The translations under genes and the position numbers were made by a program. A stretch of DNA of 64,000 nt from Euglena gracilis (taxonomy: Eukaryota). Of this stretch, positions 13,701 through 25,700 are shown piece after piece (position 1 is the first letter of the stretch; every line of letters starts with the position of its first letter). The DNA lies in contig CP154954.1 of NCBI GenBank assembly GCA_039621445.1, positions 29,397,411-29,461,410 on the forward strand, written 5' to 3'. The notes beneath the pieces were generated by a model. That model made no database searches, had not been told where the DNA came from, and saw only the letters and a program-made list of their open reading frames with translations.

Positions 13701-16700
13701 AAATTTTTCGTCCCGGCGCTTCACGCCGGGACGAAAAATTTGGTCAAACCTCCGAAAAGGTGTCCTCTGACCGGGGGGGGGGGGTGGTCATTGGACATAG
13801 GGGGGGGGGTCGTTGGACATAGGGGGGGGGGGGGTAAATTGATCCGAAAAAAATTGGTGTTTTCTCCAAAGTACTCTCGGGAACATTTGGGCGGGTTTTG
13901 CCCGTCCAAATTTGTCCAAACAAAATTTTTCTATGCCTCCCCTGGCATATCAAATACGGAGCGCGGGGGGGGGCTCCAGTGGCTGGCTGGGCGCGGCACA
14001 CGTCCACGCTGCGCTGCTCCTCCGCGGTCCACGGCGACCGCGCCCGCCCGACCACGGCCAGCACCCGCTCCGCCCGCGCCTGCTGCTTGTTCAGCCAGTG
14101 GAGCAGCTCCAGCATGCCGGCCTTCGCCTCCCCAGGGCTGCCGGGGCTCTGGGGAGAGGGGCGGGGGGCAGTGAGGTGGGGGGGGGCACGGTGGCACGGT
14201 GGCGGGTGTAGCGAGGGAAGGCCGGACACGTGTCCCCCGGTGCTCACCGGCCATATGCCACTACGCGGTGCCTCCCTCGGGGCCGACCAGCAGACAGGAA
14301 CCTACAACCCCCTAGCAGGGGTATCTGGTGGGAAAAATTTCCCACTGCCCGCTGCAAAGCGCCAGAAAAAATTTGACCACCCAAAACGTGCTAAAAATGC
14401 TCATTTTTGGCAATTTTTGGAACAAAATCAGCCAAAAAAAGCACATTAATACCCAATTTCCACCTCGGTGCACACTGCCGTAGGATTTTTTCCCCCAGTT
14501 GGACCCTGGGACCCTTCTGGGGGGGATGGAGAGTCCAGTGTCAGTGTCCTTTTTCTGTGGCTGGCAAAATGGCCAGCTAGTGGACCCCCAGGTCCTTGGA
14601 CAAAAGCATGGACACCTATTAGTGAAAAATCTAGTCACCTCTGCGGCCATCTGGGCCGCATAGGCACAGTGGTGTTTAGGGTTCTGCCCTCCTACTTGCT
14701 TTGCGTTTTGAGGTGGGCCTTTGCATCCAGAGGTCTTTTTAAGGTTGATGATTCCAAGGACAGCAGGCTGGGACCCAGCCCAGCGCCCCCCCCCCCAAGA
14801 GAAGTTGGGGTCGGGCTCAATGGGAACCCCTCCACTGTTTTGGACAAAAGTTTCAACATCGAGATTTCCCCCGAAGAGGAGGATGGTTCGGTGCCCCCTA
14901 GGGGTGGTACAAATGTGGGGGAGTCTCAGTGCGTAACCGGAAGAGATCCAAAAATACCCCCAATTTTTGCACCAGGGGGTAAAACAATGTATTCTGGGGC
15001 AATGATTTGATGGTCTTTTCCGAAACACCATAAATTGGCATGCCCACCACACCTGTTTTTTTCGGCACACCGTGTGATTTTTGGCCCAATTTTATCTCGT
15101 GCTGCTTCATCATTTTTCCCTCTAGGGTTATAAGTCACGATTAGCACAGGGCCAGGCAGAACGGAGATCAGTCAATAGGCTGTGGGTGCGCTGGAGGTAC
15201 AGTTTTGAAGCAGCACTCCGGTTGGCAGGGGTCCAAGGTGAAAGCAGAGCCAGAAAGAGCATCGGTGACCAAGACACCTTTTCCATTTTTTTGCGTGTTT
15301 GTTTGTGTGTGTGCTTGTGAGTGTGTTGTGCATGTGCGTGTGGGTGTGTTTTGTGTATCTGTGTGCCTGCATGTGTTGTGTGTGTTTGTGTGTGCATGTA
15401 TCTGTGTGTGGCGCATGTGTTTGGTGTTGCATGTGTGAGCTTGTGTGTGTGTGTGTGTGTGCGTGTGTGCGTGCGTGTGTGGGAGTTCCTCAAACAGGAG
15501 GGCTGTCCAGCCTCCTCCATCAGTTCTTGCAGTGGCTCCGAATGCAGTCCGAAGCTGCCGTACACTGCCGGGTCAGGGCCTGGGCAACGTCTTAGCTGGG
15601 AAGCAATGCATTCCCAGAAGAGCAAATGTTTCACACCACTACAGGAGGTTTTCCAAAACAACAACGTCAACAACAACACTTGATTAACCCAATCCATCAA
15701 CCCCGGGCTGGGCCGTGTGTCTGCCCCGCCCCCGGCTGAAATAAAGTTGAGGCCAACTCAGACTAAGTTGGTTGAGCTGAATGCTGAAAAATGTTGTTTG
15801 TGAGAGGGGTATGGGGGCTATATTATATGCCTGAAAAATCCCAACCCAGTTGGATTCAGACTTCTTCGTCACATTTCGGGTAACAGCTGGGTCCAGCCCG
15901 GCAAGCCACTTTTGAGAGGGGCTGAAATGGAACCCTCAATACCCGCTTCATGGAACTGACCCCTCCCTCCCAGGCAAATAATTGTGCGTAAAATTAGCCG
16001 GATTAAGAACAGAATAAATTAGCCCCTTGTCAATTTGGGGGGGGGACAAATTGAGCAGCGCAAAGGTGGTGAGATGCACATTTTGAACATTCTTACGTCC
16101 AATTTCACACAAAATCCTAGGGATGACCCATGTGTAGAATCCATGCAAACTACCCAAAAATTGTTGTTTGTGGTGCTTCTCGGCATTCCTGTTCCGAGTC
16201 GATTTGCATCGAAGGGAAGGTCACAAACAGGCACGCACAAAGGGGGTGACAAATGCCTGGCGGGATAAACCAGTTTGTCATTAAAAAATGGAATGGCGCA
16301 AGTAACGGCGCAGTGCGACGAACCTGTGCAATTCTCAAAAGAAGGGGAATTCCCCGGCCAATGCTCGCGTCAATCGGATCCAAGCCACACCCAGGGCACA
16401 GAACACGGCACTCAGCAGCTCCTCCACCGTGAGGATGACGTGGGCCAACCCGGGCTGCAGAACCTCCACCACCCGCCGCACCAGCTTGTGGATCGGCCGG
16501 AGGCGGCTGCGCGTCCGCTGCCACCCCCCCCCACCATGTCGGGCCTTGGGAGGGCCCAGGGTTGCAGCGGCCCTCGCACACCCGTCGGGCGACGCGCGCA
16601 ATGTGATGGCCGACCCCGATTCCCCACCGTTGGGTCCTATCCCCGCGAGCTCGCAGCTCGCCGCTCGGCGGGAGGCGGTGGTCCAACAGAAGTGCACCTC

Positions 16701-19700
16701 AACGTCGATTGGGCGGCTCACCTGCGTCATCAAAAAAATGTCCAAAAAACACGAGACCTCCCGTATTGACTGCACAGGAGGATGAGCCTGGTGAGATGGA
16801 AGTGGAAGAAATAGAAGTGTGAGAACCCCACCACCATTTGCAGCTGCATTCGCTGGCAATGGCTGTGCCGATATTCATGCTGGTGCCACCTGCTGTGTTG
16901 TGACAAGGGGGGGGGGGGACGCAACATGGACCATTGAGAAACGCGACACAAAAACCGATCTCAAAAATTGTGCAATCAATTTGCTGGAAAGAAATAAGGG
17001 CAAAGACAAACTTCCCTGATACCACACTTTTTGTCTTGACAAAAAGTGTGGTTTCAGGGAAAAAACTGGGCCAAACTATGGGAATTTTTCGAGTCGAAAA
17101 AATCTACCATTTTTTTCCAAATAAAATAGGAAAACACAAATACAACAATATGCGCCCCCATAACAGCCGTGGTGCCTGCTGTGCCATACAGCAGCGGTAC
17201 CTGCCAGCCAGTATGAACAGAAATGCATTGGCACCGCAGAAAATATTATCCCAGCAGGAGTGTCCCCTGCACAGCCGCCTCGCCTGGCTGTGGAGGGCTG
17301 CCTCTACCTGGGCGTCACTTGGCAACCCCCCAGGGGGGGTTGGGATTCAGCCCAGAGGCTAAAAAATCTGGGCTGGCTGGAAAAAAGCTGCTGGCTGACC
17401 CCCCCTCCCACAGGAATCCCCCGGCTGGTCTGACTGGGGTCGACTGAAGGTTCCAAAAAAAATCGAAACTGCAAAAAAAAACGACAAAAAGGCTGATTTT
17501 GCAAAAACAACCAATTTTAGACGCAGAATTTGCCCTGGAAAGCCCAAATCTGATTGATATTTGCCCATTTTTTGGCCCATCTTTGCACCTCCAAAGCCAA
17601 AAAAAATCCGTTGCTGTCCGGCCGTCGCCTGGGCCGCTGGAAAACAACCTCATCGATGGGATGGGGGAAGGGGGACCGGGGCTGGAAAAAGGCTGCTTGC
17701 TCGCTGGACCCTCCCCCCCAGGGGGGATGACCTCCGCTTAAGCGACGCCCTGGCCTCCACCTTCTGGCAGTGTTTTGCCGTGAAGTTGCAGTCCAGGAAC
17801 GTGTGCAGCGTCTTGCCCATGGTCCCCGTCACATGCCGGCAGCCGGCCGCCGAATGGGGCAGACCAGCCACATTTCCCCTGGTGGGGCATTGTCTGCCTG
17901 CGGGTGTGCATCCCCGCTGCGCCGAGGGTGCGGAGGGTTCGAAAATCGCCGTTTTCAAGTCAATGAAGCAGTAGCGGCCTGTTCCACTTTATATGCGACG
18001 CTTTCCTACCCGCTGCACTGTGCATTCTACCTCTGCATTTATGCTTCATACACAGCTACCATTGGTCCGCGCCGATGCATCCCTGTCTTCCATTGTACAT
18101 AGACCACCTGAGTGTGGTTTTCTGTTGTTGTAATTCTCTACTTTTTTTCATGTTTTGTTCATTAGCTCAGTTCCGGTAGGGCTGAGCCTTTGTCCAGTTT
18201 GCTTGCTCAGTCACCATTGGTCTGAGCCCCTTCTCATCTGCCTTACAGCACTGTATGATTACTCCATTTTCTGTTGATGTGAGCGCCCTCCGTGGGAGTA
18301 TGTGAGCAATAATTTCTGTTTCACTTTTTTCCCTTACTTTTTATCTTTCTGATAAAGTACCTCTCCTGCTCAGTTCTAGAACCCCTGAGCATAATAATCC
18401 ACTTACGCGGAGCCTGTACATGCCCAGGCACCAAACCAAACCAAACCAAACCACCCGCCCACCCTCTGGGGTGGGGCCCCCTGGGGGAGGGGATCCTGGG
18501 GGACCCACCCACTTTTGCCCGAAAATGGCCAAAATGCTAAAAATAGCACCCTTTTCAAAAAAGATATACCCTTTTCCGAAAAAGATATACCTGCCAGCCC
18601 CTACCCCCACCCCGTGGAGGAGGGAGTCCAAGGGGCCCACCCACCCCCCCCCCCCGGGGGGAAGGGGTCCAAGGCTAAAAAAAAAACACCTGAAAAAACA
18701 CCCTGGGGGGGGTCTGCAAAACCTTAAAGAGATGTCTGGCTCGGGATCGGTGTCATCCTCTGACACAGTTCTGCTGACGCTTCGCCGGCCCTCTGCTCGG
18801 AGGTACAGCAGCGCCGCGGCGGGGTCGACGGCCAGCCCCGCCGCCGCCAGGTCGTCCACCAGGAACTGGAACTTCTTCGTCGGGGGCACCTCCCTGGGCC
18901 ACAGCACAGAGAGTGGATTTTCAAGGACATGGGTGGTCGGGCCCAACCTGTTGTGGGGGGGGGGGGGGCTCGGGTTTCTTTCAGGGTTAAAACACAAAAA
19001 ACAGAGGTGCACATCTAGGAGTAATCTAGTGCGACCCACCCGGAGCCTGCTGGTCCCATAAAAAGAAAGGTCTGCGGCACACAATCGCCGTGCTCACAAA
19101 CCTCACAGATGGAGTTTCTCGCGGAGGTGTGATGCCGACAACCTTGCTGGGGTCCGCTCCCCCAAAATGCCGAACAAAGCTCAAATCGTGCGCATCAAGA
19201 AGAATAAAAATATGGAATTGCCGGTGATCTGACTGTCTGAGATGCACGATGGACAACTGCTCAACTGCTCAACTGCACAACGGGGGTGGCCAGGAGGGCC
19301 GTCGTATCTGCCCACGTGGACTGCAACCACCGCCCGGCACCTTCCACAGCAGGATGGCATCGGCGGAGGTCCTTGCAAAGCCCCGTTCGTAATGGGGAGA
19401 AAAATGCAGCAATGCTCCAGCAATATTTCCATTGCATAGGATTTGAACGTTTGGGTAACATTTACAATTGATGTTTGCAGCATTTGCACGACAAAGGCAA
19501 GATGAGGTTTGATGTAATTAGAATAAAAGGTGACACAGAAAGAAACTGATTAATTTGAAAATTTGAAAAAAAATTCAAATGATTTAACTTAACTTGTCAC
19601 TGAAGGCCACCCTGTCCCACGATGCCCAGCATCTCCCGCAGGTAGGCGCAGTGCGCCGCCACCGTGGCGACGGCCACCGGGTGCCGGTGCAGCGCTGCGA

Positions 19701-22700
19701 GGGGGACGGCGGCGCGGAGGAGGTCGCGCTGGAGACCGGCCTCGGGGCGGGGAGGGGGGACTTCGGCGGGCGGGCTGGGGATTGGGGTGGCCAATGGGGC
19801 GGGCAGGGATTGGGCCGGCGGAAAACCCGGCGATTGAGACGCACGTGGGTGGAAACGGGAACCACAGGGGGGACAAGGGGGTGGCCTTTGCCTCCAAAAA
19901 TAGGCAACGGCAAGCGGCGGGAGTGCAACTGCTCTGCACTCCATATCCGCCAACTGCCCCAAACCATCCGTGTTTGATATGCGCCGTATCATCCGCTATC
20001 CTTTTCCAATCTCCTTTTCATTTTGGAAAGTTCCAGTTGCCTTTCATGGATTTGTTTCGCGCGGAACCAACCGCCACGCCGGAATGGCCTGAACGGCAGG
20101 GGGGAGGCCGGCCTCCTCGGGGCTGGCGGCCGGGGCGCTGAGCAGCACATCCAGCCGGCCGTGGTCTGCCGCCAGCGCCAGGCCGTGGCAGCGGTGGCCC
20201 CCGGCGGGCAGCGCTGGCAGCGCAGGCAGGGGCCCGTCGGGCAGGGGGAGGGGGGAAGGCTTGACTGCGGCTGCAGGACTGAGCCGGACCAACCAGAGAT
20301 TTTTGAAAAAAGACTTGGAGGTGGACCCGCTTTTTGGGGCGTCAGTTTGGCAGTCAACGTAATTTTCGACATTCCGCGCAGAAAATGGGCCAGAAAAGGG
20401 GGAAACCCCAGCTTCCAGCAGGGCATCCACTCAGCCTGACCCCTCCGGGGGGACAGGGTCTGGTGGACCCCCATCCCACACCCTCCAGGGTTCCAAACAT
20501 GGGGTGAGGTACCACAGTTTGGCTGGGGGCTGCCGACCAGGAGCAGAGCTATTGCTGGCCCCTCGATGCCTTGGCGGAGGCCCTGGGCGGAGGGCTGAGG
20601 AGGGACGGCAGCTGGAGGTGCTGGATGGGGAACCAGCCGTGGGGGCGGGGCATGGGGGCAGCAGCCGAATGGGGTCGGGGGAGGAGGGGGTCATAATGCT
20701 AATCGGGGGGGGGGGTCCAGTGGATGGGAATGCCACTGATTTTGTTGACGAAAATTCCCCAAAAAGGGCCTTTTGGAAAGTTTTGGGTCAAATTGACATG
20801 CTTCGTGTCGGTCACTGTAAAAAAAACTCACTCCAGCTGGGATTTCTGACAGACCCCCCCAATACGGTGGTCCACTGGAAATTCCACTGGATGAATTTGG
20901 ACTCCTCCACCCCGGGTGGTACTGCAAGTCCTTAAGAAGACGCCTGCTGCAGGTGGCCTGAGAATGGTCGTTGTCACATCAAGCTCACAAGCTTGGTCTG
21001 TATCACAGAACGGCACACTTAACTGTGCCGGTTAGCCTGCCGTTTAGTTGCTCAGTCTGCCGTCCACACTAAACCAAGCAGCAAACTTCAGGCTCCCAGC
21101 GGTGCCAGGAAGCTTACCAGAGTGCAGCTCCCCAGAGTGCAGAACCCAGCTGGGAGGGGGAGGACCCATGCTCCGGGAAGACTTTGAAGTCCACGAGGCC
21201 CCCAGCACTGAGGCAAGCCAGGATGGAGACCTCTTCGGCGGATGCCTGGACCGGGGGCAGGGCCGAACGTTGGTGGGGAGGGCCCACGGCAATGCACTGG
21301 CCATGCCTGCTCCACCTGATTTCCATGTTTTCGAGGAGATGGAACAGGAAGGAGCGACGCCCTTCGGGTTGTGTGAAGACACAGCCAAGCACCTCTGGTC
21401 ACCCATGCCCTTGAGCCCAGCATCGCCCAGCATCGCCCAGCATCGCCTTTGAAGCCCTTGGAGGTGTACCTCTTGTACCCACATTCACTCAGATACCTGC
21501 CTCCAAAACATCCAATACAGCATCTACATGCACTTCATCCACTTTCATCCACATTTGGTCATTTACCCACTTTTACAACTTTTGGCCGCTCTTGGCCACT
21601 TTTGGCCACTTTTGGCTACTTTGCCCGATTTAATCCACCTTTGGCCGTCTTTGGCTTGCGGTTACTACCAGATATGCTTTCAATTTGACGGCTGATTGAC
21701 TGTTTTGGCTCCTTTAAGACCATTTTGGTCGGCCAAAACCAGTTTTAGACCATTGGCCACAAGCACTTCCCCCAATCCCTTACTTATCCATTTGGCCAAA
21801 CCAGCATCTGCATCCATTGCACTAATCCAATATCTGCATCTTGTTCAATATCTGCATACATTGCTTGTCTAGCATCTGCATCATTGTCCAGTATCTGCAT
21901 CTTGTCAAGAATCTCAATCTTGTCCAGTATCTGCATCCGTTGCATCCTGCATCCACTGCCTTGTCCAGCATCCGAATCTTGTCCAGATCTGTATCCACTG
22001 CATCTTGTCTCATTGCATCTTGTCCAGCATCTGCATCTTGTCCAGCATCTGCTTCTTGTCCAGCATCTGCATTGTGTCCAGTATCTGCATCTTGTCTAGC
22101 ATCTGAATCTTGTCCAGCATCTGCATCTTGTCCACCATCTGCATGTTGTCCAATGTCTGCATCCACTTCATCTTGTCCAGCATCGGCATCTTCTCCAGTA
22201 TCTGCATCTTGTCCGGCATCTCTGCATCTTGTCCAGCACCTGCATCTTGTCCAACATCTGCATCTTGTCCAGTGTCTGCATCTTGTCTAGCATCTGCACG
22301 TTGTCCAATGTCTGCATCCACTTCATCTTGTCCAGCATCGGCATCTTCTCCAGTATCTGCATCTTGTCCAGCATCGGCATCTTCTCCAGTATCTGCATGT
22401 TGTCCAGCACCTGCATCTTGTCCAGTGCCTTCATCTAATTCATCTTGTCCAGCATCTGCATCTTGTCCAATATCTGCCCAGCATTCGTCCGGTGGCTCCT
22501 AAGCAAACCAAATAACCACAAAAGCCCAACAAATGACCACAAAAAGCCCAAAATTGACCACAAAAAGCCCCAAAAGCAACCAAAATAACCAAAAATTGTC
22601 CAAAACCCCAACAAATTCCACAAAAGGTTGTGAAAAATGACCCAAAATCACCAAAAAAGCGCAAAATGGCCAAAAATGCCATAAAATCTGCTCAAAAAGG

Positions 22701-25700
22701 CCCCAATTAGCCCAATACTTGCCAAATCAGTGATAAATAGCCCCCAAATTAGCAAAAATTGACCCATAATGGCCAAAATAGGTGTAAAACTGGAGCTTTG
22801 TGGGAAAATTATCCCAAAAATGGTTCAATTCTCCAAAATATACAAGAAAAATGCCAGCATCGCCCAGCATCGCCCAGCATCGGAACCCCACCTCTGGTCT
22901 CCAAAAATCCAGCATCGCCCAGCATCGCCCAGCATCGCCCAGCATCATCAGAGGTGCTTGGACACAGCTGCGCCCCTCGAAACCAAACACCTTGCATTCT
23001 GGTGGAGCCCTGATCCTTCCTGATCAGGGGTTTTTTTTTAAGACTGGGGGGAGGGGGTCCCCCACCCATCCTCCCCCTGGGGGGGGGGGGTCCCGTGGGA
23101 CCCACTGACTTTTCCCCGAAAAATGGCCAAAGCTCGCGAAAAATGCAAAAATAGCCCCTTTTTCAAAAAAAAATTTGGCGCCTTCGGTGCTGAAAAATAT
23201 ATCCCACTGGGGGGGGGGGCTCAGCCGGACCCACCCACCCTACCCCCCCAAGACCAAAAAACCCCTGTTCCTGATTGTCCCTGGTTGGCAAATTATTGGT
23301 CAGAGGTGGGCGTATGCCAATTAAAAAAATTCACGTTTGGCCGCTTTTGGGCAGCGTTTGGCCAACTTGCCCACTGTTGGCTGCTTCTGGCCACTTTTGT
23401 CTTTGGCCACTTCTGGCTGCTTCCGGTTCCTTTTTGCATATTGGGGTTGGGTATGACCTACAAAATTGGGAGTGTAAATAATGCCCCATGTTGTAGGTGC
23501 CTGCTCATCACATTTTGGGTTGATTGTCAGAATTGTATTTTATATATGGAGTCACAGCATGGTCAGAAGCACAGGGAAAAAAATGTTTTTCCACCTCTAC
23601 ACCTCCAGCTCCTCTTGTTATACTTGCTCGTGATTTATGTGTCACTACACCTTAAAGAACTCCTATGGCTTCACATTTCACAACCACCTTTCTGTTGCAA
23701 ATCTCAGATATGTATATATAGTGTATTAGGAGTATGACTCATCTAGGAGTATAAGAGAGGAGAAAGAGAGAGAATATCTAATATCTTAAAGTATCAAGAA
23801 GATCTAAAAAAAGAGAAAAAAAACTCTGAGAGAAAAGAGAAAAAGAGACTACAGAGAGAAAGAAGAGAAAAAGAGAAGAACAATCTAAGACTATATATGA
23901 GATTCTATAGATATAGAAGCATTAGTGAATAAGAGTATAATCTATAGAAGGAATAGAGCAGAGAAATATTATCTTAAAGAGAAGACACATAAAAGGCAAA
24001 AGAAAAAAATACAAGAGAAAATATGAAAAGGGGAGAGGAAGATAGAGAGAGAGATAACTAGAGAGAGTGAGAGAGGATACCAAACATTAAAAATGATTAG
24101 AAACAAAGAGAAATAGAAACATATCTAAAGAGAAAAGAGAAGAGAGGAATAAGAATATATAGAGAGAGATAATTATATAAATCAGAAGATAAGAATAAGA
24201 GAAATAGAGAGGGAATATAGAATATGAGAGGATAGGAGAAGAATAGACAGGGGAGAGAAAAAGAGAGGAGGGGGGGGTAGAAAAGTTAGAAGAAGACACG
24301 ATGAGAAGAGAATGAGTAGATTAGAAAGAGATCTTTCTCTCTCTGACACAATAAAAAGGAGAGAGAATCTAGAAGAAGAGAAAAGAAGTTTCAGAGAGAT
24401 AAGGACTAGAGAGAGCCCTACGAGGGGGTATAAATATAATATATTTTAAAGATAATAGAGAGATAAAAAAACGAGAAAAGAGAAATAGAGTCGATATTAA
24501 ATAGAATAGAGAAGAAATATTCTATGAATATATTATAGAGATATTATAAGTAAAAAGAAGAAAATATGAGACAAAGAGAGAGTGAGAGAAGTAGGACAAT
24601 CTCTTCTCCTACAGAAGAAGAGAGAGTGAGAGAAAGAGAAGAGGAAGAGAGGAGGAGAGAGAGAGTGGAAAGAGATGAGAAGAGAGAGACAGAGGAAGGA
24701 GAGAGAGAGAGGAGGAGAGGAGAAAGAGGAGGGGAGGAGTGGAGAGGATGGAGAGAAGAGAGGAAAGAAGAGCGGAGAGAGAGGTCGAGAGAGGAGGGGA
24801 GATAAATAGAAAGATTGGGGGAGAGAGGAGATATAAGAGTAAGAGAGAAGGAGAGTCGAGCAGGGAAAGGGATGAAATGAGAGGGGAGGAGAGGGAGACA
24901 GAAGCTAAGAGTTGTAACTATTCGAGAGAGAGGAGGAGAGGAGAAATATAAGAGATATGTAATAGAGATATAGAAGTGGATACAGAGCGATGTCTAGAGA
25001 GAAAAGAGAATGGTATATTATAGAGACATAGAGAGAGGAGAAAGAGAGAAGAGATAGAAACTAGAGAGAGATATATATAATATAAAGAGGAGAACAGATA
25101 TAATAATATAGATATAGATAGATAGAACATGTATAAAGAAATAGAGAAGAGAGAAGAGGAGTATTATATGAGAGTAAGAGAGAGGAGAGAGAGAGATAGA
25201 GACTATATATATAATAGGGAGATAGAGAAGAGTATAATGATATATTGTATTATAATGCGGGGGTATATATATGTATATATATAAGATAGAAAGAGAATAA
25301 AGAAGAGAGAGAAGATATAAAGAGAAAAAGAGAGAAAAAGAGAAGAACTTAGAAAGTAAAATATACTCTATATAAAAAGAGAGAAGACATATATAACATA
25401 TAATATATATACACAGAGAGAATATAATATATATTCTGGAAGATAGAGAATATAGAGAGGAGATAGAGGATAGAAGTAGGCGTAGATAGGGGAGATATAG
25501 GGATATAAACATATAGAGACATAGAAAATAGAAAGAGATAAGAGAAAAGAGAGATAATAGAGAAAAGAGAGATAGGAGATAAGAGAGAAAGAGAGAGAAG
25601 ATAAGAGGGAAAGAAGAAAGATATAATAAGAAAGATATACAAGAGAAAGAGAGGAGGGTAGAGGAGGAGAGAGATATACAGGAGAAAGAGGACAGGAGGA

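Noticed and set aside
21822-22502. (DADAGQ)n / (ASASCP)n repeat protein
   Set aside because: These frames arise from an 18-bp minisatellite inside an APC4 intron, switch frame and have no clear exon boundaries.
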